DNA from: Bacteroidota bacterium
GTDB taxonomy: Bacteria; Bacteroidota; Bacteroidia; UBA8524
Assembly: GCA_006226545.1 (NCBI GenBank)
Contig: SBGR01000012.1
Coordinates: 38,156 to 102,155 of the forward strand
DNA: 64,000 bases
Direction: 5' to 3'
Of this stretch, positions 56,304 through 64,000 are shown piece by piece. The first letter of the stretch is position 1. Each line of letters begins with the position of its first letter. The position numbers and the translations under genes were made by a program. The notes beneath the pieces are model-generated. The model was not told the origin of the DNA and ran no database searches. It was given only the letters and a program-made list of their open reading frames with translations.

Positions 56304-56954
56304 ATGAACGCTGTGAAAAAAATGCTACTCCTGGGTTTTTTAGCCTTTGGTGTACTTCAGGTGAATGCTCAAGGCTTGACCGATGCAGAAGAATCTACTG
56401 GTTATTCAACCCTTGGTAGACACAGTATAAGTTTTCATTATGGCATCCCGTCTGTTCAGAAGATGGTAGCCAATACAGTCAATAATATTGTCGATTTTCA
56501 ATTCAGAGAAACGGGCCCATTCCATGTGAAATACCAATACAGAGCCGGGCGAGTTTTTGAATGGGGACTAATGCTGAATTACCAGGAGTCTTCGTTCAAT
56601 TGGACAGATAGCCTGGAGTCCAATCGGGTGGATGCACAGATAGGTGCCGATGTTTCCAGCTTTAATGCCATCGCTCGAATGAACCTGCATTTTTTAAAGT
56701 CGGGGATGCACAACTTCTACCTCGGTATGGGACTGGGTTTTTCGTATTGGAAAGTGAATCCTATTGGAGGTATTGTGATAGATGATGAAGTCAATTTGGC
56801 CATCCCTAATTTTCTCAGCCTAAAAGGTGTATTACCGGCAGGTGAGTTTGTTTTAGGCTATAGAGGCTTCCTCAATAAGCAGGTAGGCATAAGCGCAGAA
56901 CTTGGCCTGACAAAGTCAATCTTTCAAGCAGGCCTAACCTACCGATTCAACTAA
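56304..56954 (+). CDS. small outer-membrane beta-barrel protein (OmpW/OmpA-like porin family)
   Basis: Signal peptide MNAVKKMLLLGFLAFGVLQVNA-QG, alternating hydrophobic beta-strand pattern, and C-terminal …GLTYRFN with a terminal aromatic residue. Confidence 0.5.
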   Translation: MNAVKKMLLLGFLAFGVLQVNAQGLTDAEESTGYSTLGRHSISFHYGIPSVQKMVANTVNNIVDFQFRETGPFHVKYQYRAGRVFEWGLMLNYQESSFNWTDSLESNRVDAQIGADVSSFNAIARMNLHFLKSGMHNFYLGMGLGFSYWKVNPIGGIVIDDEVNLAIPNFLSLKGVLPAGEFVLGYRGFLNKQVGISAELGLTKSIFQAGLTYRFN

Positions 56955-56958
56955 TTGC

Positions 56959-58851
56959 TTAATAAGCTCTTTCGTGGATGCCTTCCATGTAGTTAACAAA
57001 TGCTTTGTTCACTACGCGGTAACCGCCCGGAGTAGGGTAGTTGCCTGAGAAGTACCAGTCGCCTTTGTCGTGTGGACAAGCTATGTGAAGGTCTTCAATG
57101 GATTGGTAGATGATTTCTACTTCTGCGTCAATGTCTTCCGGAGTTAGGATCTGAGCAATCTTCTCGGAGATTTGCTCATCGCTAAACAAGGCGTAAACCT
57201 CTTGCAATGGGTTATTCATCTCCTCGTCTTTCAAAGTCAATTGGTGTTTTGCTTTTTGGTAAGCTTCATCCAACTTATGCTCCAGATTATGCTCTTCCAA
57301 GAGTTTCAACAAGCCTTGGAATGCAGCGAAATCCTTCATCTTACTCATATCGATACCATAACAATCCGGGTAGCGAATTTGGGGCGCAGAGCTCACTACC
57401 ACTATTTTCTTTGGTCCTAAGCGATCGAGGATACGCAGGATGCTCAACTTCAAAGTCGTTCCACGTACAATGGAATCATCGATAACAACCAGGTTATCTT
57501 GGCCTTTTCTAATTAAGCCGTAGGTTACGTCGTAAACGTGTCCTACCATGTCATCGCGGTGTGTATCTGCGGTAATGAAGGTTCTTAGCTTAACGTCTTT
57601 GATGGCAATCTTTTCACGACGTGGGCGTAATGCCAAGATACGCTCAAGCTCTTGTTCAGAAAGCTCATGACCACGTGTCATGATTTGCTCTTTCTTGTAT
57701 CCGTTCAACCAGTCATTCATGCCGTCAATCATGCCGTAGAATGAGGTGGAAGCGGTATTCGGAATATACGAGAATACAGTGTTTTCGAAATCGTAATTGA
57801 TGCTCTTCATCACTTGTTTTGCAACGAGTTTACCGAGGTCTTTACGTTCTGTATAGATGTCGGCATCGTTACCGCGGCTGAAGTAGATGCGTTCAAAAGA
57901 ACACGATAAACGTTCGGTAGCCGGAAGGATGTTTTCCTCGTACAATTCGCCGTTGCGTTTGATGAGGAGGGCATTACCCGGTTGGATTTCTTTGATGGAT
58001 TCGAGCGGAACGTTAAAGGCCGTTTGAATAGCCGGACGTTCACTGGTAACTACGATAACTTCATCGTCTTCGTAGTAGAAAGCCGGACGAATACCTGAAG
58101 GGTCACGCATTACAAAGGCATCACCTTGTCCGATCATTCCCACCATAGCATATCCGCCGTCGATGTTTTTGAATGAACGTTTCAAGATGCGAGTCACATC
58201 TAAGTTATCGGCAATCTTTGCGCTGATATCGGCGCTGTCCATGCCGGACTGGTGGTATTCGTTGAAGAGACGTTGGTTTTCATCGTCCAAGAAATGGCCG
58301 ATTTTCTCCATCATCAATACAGAATCCGATTTCTCTTTCGGATGCTGTCCTATCTCAAGCAGTTGCTTGAACAGCTCGTCTACATTGGTCAGGTTAAAGT
58401 TACCGGCCAAAACCAAGTTGCGGTTTTGCCAGTTATTCTGACGTAAAAATGGATGGCAGTTTTCGATGGTGTTTTTGGCATAAGTGCCATAACGCAAATG
58501 ACCTAAGATGAGTTCGCCGGTAAATGGAATCTGCTCCTTAAGGTACTTGACGTTTTTACGTTGCTCCGGACTCAGCTCATTGAAGTGTTTGTTCACTTCT
58601 TTGAAAATGCTCACAATCGGGTTATCCGAGTTGGAGCGCTGACGGCTGATATACCGCTGTCCCGGGTCTACATTCAATTTGATAGTCGCTAAACCGGCAC
58701 CGTCCTGCCCACGGTTGACCTGCTTGAGCATTAACAGGTTCATTTTTTTAATTCCGTAGAAGGCGCTATTGTACTTTTCGAGGTAGTATTCGAGAGGTTT
58801 GCGGAGGCGGATGAATGCGATGCCGCATTCGTGTTTAATTGAATCGCTCAT
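56959..58851 (-). CDS. purF: amidophosphoribosyltransferase (PurF, class II glutamine amidotransferase + PRTase), long Bacteroidota type with short propeptide
   Basis: N-terminus MSDSIKHE-CGIAFIRL (Ntn Cys after an 8-aa propeptide), GHLRYGT, and the type I PRTase motif VIDDSIVRGTT. Confidence 0.7.
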   Translation of the reverse strand: MSDSIKHECGIAFIRLRKPLEYYLEKYNSAFYGIKKMNLLMLKQVNRGQDGAGLATIKLNVDPGQRYISRQRSNSDNPIVSIFKEVNKHFNELSPEQRKNVKYLKEQIPFTGELILGHLRYGTYAKNTIENCHPFLRQNNWQNRNLVLAGNFNLTNVDELFKQLLEIGQHPKEKSDSVLMMEKIGHFLDDENQRLFNEYHQSGMDSADISAKIADNLDVTRILKRSFKNIDGGYAMVGMIGQGDAFVMRDPSGIRPAFYYEDDEVIVVTSERPAIQTAFNVPLESIKEIQPGNALLIKRNGELYEENILPATERLSCSFERIYFSRGNDADIYTERKDLGKLVAKQVMKSINYDFENTVFSYIPNTASTSFYGMIDGMNDWLNGYKKEQIMTRGHELSEQELERILALRPRREKIAIKDVKLRTFITADTHRDDMVGHVYDVTYGLIRKGQDNLVVIDDSIVRGTTLKLSILRILDRLGPKKIVVVSSAPQIRYPDCYGIDMSKMKDFAAFQGLLKLLEEHNLEHKLDEAYQKAKHQLTLKDEEMNNPLQEVYALFSDEQISEKIAQILTPEDIDAEVEIIYQSIEDLHIACPHDKGDWYFSGNYPTPGGYRVVNKAFVNYMEGIHERAY

Positions 58852-58993
58852 TGTAGTGGTGCAAAGTTAATGTTTCCTTAACCGTTCTTCCAATCATTGT
58901 CTATACATCTAATCAGCTTTTATGCCAGAATGAATTTTGCATTAAATGGCTGAAAGCGACAGATTATCAAGACAAAGAGCGTACTTTGTATAC

Positions 58994-59413
58994 ATGAAGT
59001 GCATCGGGATAATAAATGGTCCAAACCTAAACCTTTTAGGCAAGCGTGAGCCTGGTATCTACGGGAACAAAAGCTTTGAAGAGTTTTTAAATCACTTGAA
59101 AGAGTCTTACCCCGATGTTGAACTGCGTTATTTCCAAAGTAATGTGGAAGGTGAATTGATTAACAAACTCCACGAATGGGGTTTTGTTTGCGATGGCATC
59201 ATCTTAAACGGTGGAGGTTATACCCATACATCCGTTGCCTTAGGCGATGCTATTTCCTCAATTGATACGCCGGTGGTGGAGGTGCACTTATCCAATATCT
59301 TAGCGAGAGAAGAGTTTAGGCATGTGGATCACATCGCTCGATCATGTAAAGGATCCATTATGGGATTCGGAATGGAGTCGTATCGTTTGGCATTAATCTC
59401 CTTGCTGCACTAA
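58994..59413 (+). CDS. aroQ: 3-dehydroquinate dehydratase, type II
   Basis: MKCIGIINGPNLNLLGKREPGIYG…HLSNILAREEFRH is the type II DHQase signature. The track ORF starts at the upstream ATG 58946, but the conserved N-terminus begins at ATG 58994. Confidence 0.88.
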   Translation: MKCIGIINGPNLNLLGKREPGIYGNKSFEEFLNHLKESYPDVELRYFQSNVEGELINKLHEWGFVCDGIILNGGGYTHTSVALGDAISSIDTPVVEVHLSNILAREEFRHVDHIARSCKGSIMGFGMESYRLALISLLH

Positions 59414-59422
59414 TTTGCAGGC

Positions 59423-60247
59423 TTGGAAACTTTCACCTTAGCACATTTTCAAGAATCGGCTGATTTCATTCGCCGTCATACACAAATTCAGTTCAAAACA
59501 GCCATTATCCTGGGTACCGGTTTAGGTAATTTAGTAGATCAGGTGGAGGTTGATGCAGTTTTAGACTACAGCGATATTCCTCATTTTCCGCTCAGCACGG
59601 TAGAAACGCATAGCGGGAAGTTGATTGCAGGTTACCTCGACAAAGTGCCTGTTTTAGTGATGCAGGGACGCTTTCACTATTACGAAGGCTACAGCATGAA
59701 GCAGGTTACTTACCCGGTTCGGGTGATGAAACTTTTGGGAATCGAGAACCTTTTCATCAGCAATATTGCCGGGGGCATCAACGCTCAGTTTGAATTGGCC
59801 GATCTGATGATTCTCGAAGACCATATCAATCTGCAACCCGATAATCCGCTCCTTGGGAAAAACATCAACGAGATAGGTCCACGTTGGCCGGATATGTTTG
59901 AGCCGTACAAACGCAGCTGGATAGATGAAGCATTGGCTTTTGGTCAGGCACAGGGTTACCGTATTCGCGAGGGAGTCTATGCCAGCGTAGCCGGTCCTAA
60001 CCTTGAAACCCGTGCCGAATACCGATACCTAGCCGGCATAGGTGCAGATGCTGTTGGCATGTCGACCGTGCCGGAAGTGATTGTAGCCAATCACATGGGC
60101 ATGAAGGTTTTTGCTATTTCAGCCATCTCCGATCTATGCTATGAGCCTAAGTTGAAACCGGCTGATATCACTGAACTACTTCAGGCAGCAGCCGATGCAC
60201 AGCCTAAAATGACCGCTATTTTTCGCCATCTATTAGGTAAGGTTTGA
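59423..60247 (+). CDS. purine nucleoside phosphorylase (PNP/MTAP family, trimeric PunA/XapA type)
   Basis: TTG start. Contains AIILGTGLGNLVD, SGKLIAGYLDKVPVLVMQGRFHYYEGY and AVGMSTVPEVIVANHMGMKV. Confidence 0.85.
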   Translation: METFTLAHFQESADFIRRHTQIQFKTAIILGTGLGNLVDQVEVDAVLDYSDIPHFPLSTVETHSGKLIAGYLDKVPVLVMQGRFHYYEGYSMKQVTYPVRVMKLLGIENLFISNIAGGINAQFELADLMILEDHINLQPDNPLLGKNINEIGPRWPDMFEPYKRSWIDEALAFGQAQGYRIREGVYASVAGPNLETRAEYRYLAGIGADAVGMSTVPEVIVANHMGMKVFAISAISDLCYEPKLKPADITELLQAAADAQPKMTAIFRHLLGKV

Positions 60248-60362
60248 ACTTAAAACATGACATTGTTCTGCCGGAAGCATGACTTAAGGTGCACGTATCG
60301 ATTTAGCGCCAAGTCAGTTTAATTTTGAGTTTGGTTTAAACAGTCATGTTCACAATTGGGGC

Positions 60363-60635
60363 TTGTTCGGCAACGAATCCACAACGTCTTTTCTCCATGT
60401 TAAGGCCGGATATGATTTTATCCTTTCCCCAAACTATATGCTCAATCTAAATTTGGGCTTAGGAGGCGGCATTTACGAATGGCACGAGAAACCCAGTCCT
60501 TTCTTATTCCCGTATTTCGGATTGCATGGCAATGCTAAAATTGGTAAACATATATCGCTCGGAATATGGTCGAACATGTCTGTAATAGGTCAGCGAGGAT
60601 ACCTCGACAATCGAATAGGGTTTCTACTTCACTAA
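60363..60635 (+). pseudogene. N-terminally truncated paralog fragment of the OM beta-barrel gene at 56304-56954
   Basis: The 90-aa translation aligns with the C-terminal half of the 216-aa OMP: LGLGGGIYEW vs LGMGLGFSYWK, FPYFGLHGNAKIGKHISLGIW vs FLSLKGVLPAGEFVLGY, and …IGFLLH vs …LTYRFN. Only 113 nt separate it from the upstream gene, and it has a TTG start. Confidence 0.25.
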
Positions 60636-61474
60636 AAACGAACCTTCCAACTTAGGCTTTTCTTTTCGCCGGATTGCAGGATTTGAATGCCGGCTTTCGA
60701 TTCAATGGATTGGTTGAAGCCAACATAGTCTGCATGTCCTAACCAGGGCTCTAAACAGATAAAATCGCGGCAACCGGCCTTGGTCCAGATACCAAAGTGA
60801 GGAAATCCTTCGAATTCCATTTTAAGCACGTTTTTATTTCCTTGCTTTAGAACCACTTCATCGCTCTCCAGATTCATGTAGACGATGGCATCTTTTTCAA
60901 AGTCTTGCAGTTTAAGGGCTAATTCACCTTCAACCAAAGAGGCTTCTTTTCTTTTATCGAAACAGCCATCGCGCAGCAAATGCCTGTCGGCGTTTTCTTT
61001 CACGTTGAACTCCAATGTGTATTCAGTCCAATCCTTGTCTTCCAATACAAAGCCGGGGTGTGCACCAATGCTGAAGGGAAGGGGTTTGCCATTCGGATTG
61101 AAAATATCGTATTCCACCTGAAAGCCATCGGCTAAAAGGCTGTATCCAATGCTAAGCTCAAAAGCAAATGGATAGTGTTTGCGGGTCGCTTCTGAATCTT
61201 TAAGTGTCAACTTCAAGCCATCTAATCGCTCAACCACTTCAAACTCCATATCGCGCGCAAAGCCGTGTTGGCTCATAGGCTGGCGTTGACCATTGATGCG
61301 CAATTGGTCTTCAAAGCAACGCCCCACCACCGGAAACAATACCGGCGAACTGCGTTGCCAAGGTTCATTTCCTGCCCATAATCTCTCTTTATCATGCGCA
61401 ACAACGCGCTTCAATTCGGCACCGAGGCTGCTAACCTCCAGTCGAATTGCTTCATTTTCTAATATGTGCATCAA
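60632..61474 (-). CDS. aldose 1-epimerase family protein (galactose mutarotase-like)
   Basis: 280 aa with the VLFPVVGR…G..Y…QHGFAR… and …GAHPGF patterns of the aldose epimerase superfamily. Confidence 0.7.
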   Translation of the reverse strand: MMHILENEAIRLEVSSLGAELKRVVAHDKERLWAGNEPWQRSSPVLFPVVGRCFEDQLRINGQRQPMSQHGFARDMEFEVVERLDGLKLTLKDSEATRKHYPFAFELSIGYSLLADGFQVEYDIFNPNGKPLPFSIGAHPGFVLEDKDWTEYTLEFNVKENADRHLLRDGCFDKRKEASLVEGELALKLQDFEKDAIVYMNLESDEVVLKQGNKNVLKMEFEGFPHFGIWTKAGCRDFICLEPWLGHADYVGFNQSIESKAGIQILQSGEKKSLSWKVRF

Positions 61475-62486
61475 GTTGATCGAAACGAGTTTTTCTACGA
61501 ATAAAATAGGCGAATACGACAGATCCTGTCATCTTCCCTACTTGATTGAAATCTTGTACTCCTCTGGCTTCTTTTCTTTTGCCCAGCCAGTAGAAGAATC
61601 CTTTGTAAAAAAGGAAATGGGCGCGGATAATGGCCAAGGTATTAGACCATTGTCCGGTGAGGAAAAAGCGAATTCCCGCGATGCCGTCTAGAACGAGCTT
61701 CGCCGGAATCTTCCAGATCAGCTCCCCTGCTCCCATGTTTTTAAGCATGGTCACCAGCGCATTTCTAAAGTTCAATAAGGTCTTCCTCGGACTTTCACGT
61801 GTCAGGGTTCCGCCTCCCACATGGTAAACCACCGACTCCGGCACAACCATAATTTTATACCCGCGGTTTTTCAAACGCCAGCACAGGTCAATTTCTTCCA
61901 TGTGAGCGAAGTAATCGGCATCTAAGCCACCTACCTCATTCCAGATGCTGCTACGCACAAACATAGCTGCTCCGCTAGCCCAGAACACTTCGCGGGTCTC
62001 ATTGTACTGTCCGTGGTCTTGCTCGCAATGGTCAAAGACCCTTCCTCTGCAAAATGGAAAAGCCAAGCTATCGATAAATCCGCCGGAGGCTCCAGCGTAT
62101 TCAAAGAGGTGCCCTTCGCGGTATGATCTAATTTTCGGCTGTGCTGCTGCTATCTTCTGATCGGCTTCCATTACTTCGATAATAGGGCTTACCCATTGGG
62201 GCGTTACCTCCACATCGCTATTCAACAAGATGAAATAATCAGCAGATACCTGCTTTAGGCCTTCATTGTATCCTCCGGCAAAGCCGAAGTTTTTCTCCAA
62301 TACAATAAGCTGAATTTCCGGGTAACTCTCTTGCATGAAAGCTACCGAGTCATCGGTGCTGGCATTGTCTATCACCACAACCTTGAAATTGCTGTAGCTG
62401 GTATGCAAAACAGCAGGTAGAAACTTCTCCAAGAAGTTCCGGGTATTGTAGTTAAGTATGACAGCGGCTACCGATTTATCAGCCAT
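61452..62486 (-). CDS. family 2 glycosyltransferase
   Basis: Internal ATG 62486 gives MADKSVAAVILNYNTRNFLEKFL…VIDNASTDDS (GT2 N-terminal motif), with DxD-like DSD and FFAHMEEIDLCWR. The track ORF extends to an upstream non-ATG codon. Confidence 0.75.
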   Translation of the reverse strand: MADKSVAAVILNYNTRNFLEKFLPAVLHTSYSNFKVVVIDNASTDDSVAFMQESYPEIQLIVLEKNFGFAGGYNEGLKQVSADYFILLNSDVEVTPQWVSPIIEVMEADQKIAAAQPKIRSYREGHLFEYAGASGGFIDSLAFPFCRGRVFDHCEQDHGQYNETREVFWASGAAMFVRSSIWNEVGGLDADYFAHMEEIDLCWRLKNRGYKIMVVPESVVYHVGGGTLTRESPRKTLLNFRNALVTMLKNMGAGELIWKIPAKLVLDGIAGIRFFLTGQWSNTLAIIRAHFLFYKGFFYWLGKRKEARGVQDFNQVGKMTGSVVFAYFIRRKTRFDQLDAHIRK

Positions 62487-62856
62487 TGTTAGGGGTATTG
62501 CTTTTGTACGGTATGAAAACGAAGTTGGCACTGGTTCGGTAAACCACAAAAAGACAGATGAACTGCTTCGGGTCTTTGTAGTTGCTAATGAATACCGACT
62601 TTTTATCGCCCGGTATCAGTCCTTTTTCTTCAAATTCTTCCAAGGTAGAAGCACTGATGCTCCACGTGGTGGCAATGTCTGCCTTGTCTAAAATCACTTC
62701 TCCAATCTTTACATCATCTTGGTGAGCGATGAAAATTGGGTATTCAGAGTATCCTTCATTAATGATGTCGACGGAGGTTTCTTTGATGGACTCCTTCAGC
62801 AGGATTAATTCCCCGCGAAGTTGCTCCAACATCACTTCCCATTCCTTGTCAATCAT
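62479..62856 (-). CDS. hypothetical protein, 125 aa
   Basis: ORF packed between rlmD and the GT2 gene with 4-8 nt overlaps at both ends, which is operon-like. No family recognised. Confidence 0.4.
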   Translation of the reverse strand: MIDKEWEVMLEQLRGELILLKESIKETSVDIINEGYSEYPIFIAHQDDVKIGEVILDKADIATTWSISASTLEEFEEKGLIPGDKKSVFISNYKDPKQFICLFVVYRTSANFVFIPYKSNTPNNG

Positions 62857-64000
62857 GGCTTCAAAGTTAGTAAAACAACGTTTTCTACGTGGTGCGTATG
62901 CGGGAACATATCTACCGGCTGCACCTTTTCAATGGTATAATGGTCGCGCATCAGACCTAAATCGCGCGCTTGTGTGGCCGCATTGCAGCTCACATAAACC
63001 ACTTTAGGCGCTCTGAGCTTCAGAAGCATTTCAACAACTTCCATATCCATGCCCGCTCTTGGAGGGTCAGTGATGATTACGTCAGGCTTGCCTTCTTTCG
63101 CTACAAATGCATCGTTTAAGACTTCTTTCATGTTGCCGGCATAAAATGAAACATGCTCTATGCTGTTTAAGGCCGCATTCTTTTTAGCGTCTTCTATGGC
63201 TTGTTCAACATATTCTACACCAACCACCTTGCGTGCTTTATCGGCTACGTAAAGTGCGATGCTTCCTGTTCCGGTATACAAATCGTAAACGAGCTCATGG
63301 CCTTCCAATCCGGCGAAGTCCTTGGCTACTTGGTAAAGCACTTCCGCCTGACGGCTATTGGTTTGGAAGAAAGACTTTGGACCGATCATGAACTTGCAAT
63401 CGCCCAATTGCTCCAGCATGTGGTCTTTACCATGGTAGGTTTGGATTTCTAGGTCGTAGATGGTTTCGTTTTTCTTTGGGTTGATGGTGAAGAGCAAAGA
63501 AGTAATTTCCGGGAACTCCGCTTTGAGCGATGCCAAAAGTTCCAAGTTGCGGTCGTCTTCTAGCGCGAAGGCTAGGATCACCATGCACTCGTTTAAGGTA
63601 GAAGTGCGGATGATCAGGGAACGCATGATGCCTTTGTGGTTCTTCAAATCGTAGAAAGGCAAGCCCAGCTCTAGCGATTTTTTTCTGGTGAAGAGGCGGA
63701 TGCGGTTGGAGAGCTCACCTTGAAGGTGGCATTTTTTTACATCCAAAATTTTATCAAAACGTCCCGGGATATGAAACCCTAAGCCTTCCAGTCCTTCCGG
63801 GTGTTCTTTGCCCATCTCTTCTTTCAAGAGGTAGCGCTGATGTGAAAATCCGAAGTCGAGGCGGTTTCTATAATCGAATATCGACTGAGAACCTAAAATC
63901 GGGAGCATCTCATTGTATTCTAAGTGCCCGATGCGGTCGAAGTTCTCTTTTACCTGGTTCTGTTTGTTGGCAATTTGTGCTTCGTAAGTAAGGTGTTGCC
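62853..64000 (-). CDS. rlmD: 23S rRNA (uracil-5)-methyltransferase RlmD/RumA family, 3' ~380 codons (5' end beyond window)
   Basis: Contains DLYTGTGSIALYVA (SAM-binding), DPPRAGM, and the YVSCNAATQARD nucleophile motif. The reading frame stays open upstream of the track's internal Met through nt 64000 (…QHLTYEAQIANKQNQVKENFDRIGHLEYNE-MLPILG). Confidence 0.8.
   Translation of the reverse strand, partial: QHLTYEAQIANKQNQVKENFDRIGHLEYNEMLPILGSQSIFDYRNRLDFGFSHQRYLLKEEMGKEHPEGLEGLGFHIPGRFDKILDVKKCHLQGELSNRIRLFTRKKSLELGLPFYDLKNHKGIMRSLIIRTSTLNECMVILAFALEDDRNLELLASLKAEFPEITSLLFTINPKKNETIYDLEIQTYHGKDHMLEQLGDCKFMIGPKSFFQTNSRQAEVLYQVAKDFAGLEGHELVYDLYTGTGSIALYVADKARKVVGVEYVEQAIEDAKKNAALNSIEHVSFYAGNMKEVLNDAFVAKEGKPDVIITDPPRAGMDMEVVEMLLKLRAPKVVYVSCNAATQARDLGLMRDHYTIEKVQPVDMFPHTHHVENVVLLTLKP

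Overview
This 64-kb window looks like a chromosomal segment from a member of the Bacteroidota. That assignment is an inference from the Bacteroidetes-style dcw gene order, which lacks murF and ddl, and from T9SS-type C-terminal sorting domains. In order it contains: the 3' end of iscS, then iscU and iscA; a low-GC lipoprotein gene bracketed by two near-duplicate terminator modules; the complete ~15-kb dcw cluster (mraZ, rsmH, ftsL, ftsI, murE, mraY, murD, ftsW, murG, murC, ftsQ, ftsA, ftsZ); then ~32 kb occupied by five giant secreted cell-surface protein genes of about 1850, 2959, 1471, 1478 and 2056 aa. These are interrupted only by a yqgE/algH-family gene and a divergently oriented class A beta-lactamase-like lipoprotein gene. 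After them come a secreted internally repetitive hypothetical, recJ, lptB, a REP/RAYT locus (a 39-nt tandem repeat array capped by REP palindromes, plus an IS200-like HUH tyrosine transposase gene that itself contains a REP copy), an orphan 591-aa secreted protein, a small OM beta-barrel protein, purF, aroQ, a purine nucleoside phosphorylase, a truncated paralog fragment of the OM protein, and a minus-strand block of aldose-1-epimerase, GT2 glycosyltransferase, a small hypothetical and rlmD (5' end beyond the window). The most unusual content is the tandem family of modular giant T9SS cargo proteins, four of which share one ordered domain grammar including CUB-like modules and two GEVED domains each. 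The REP/RAYT element with a REP inside its own transposase gene is the second notable feature. The supplied ORF track reports TTG/GTG codons as M, so starts were re-evaluated. A few hand-read coordinates may be off by 1-2 nt.
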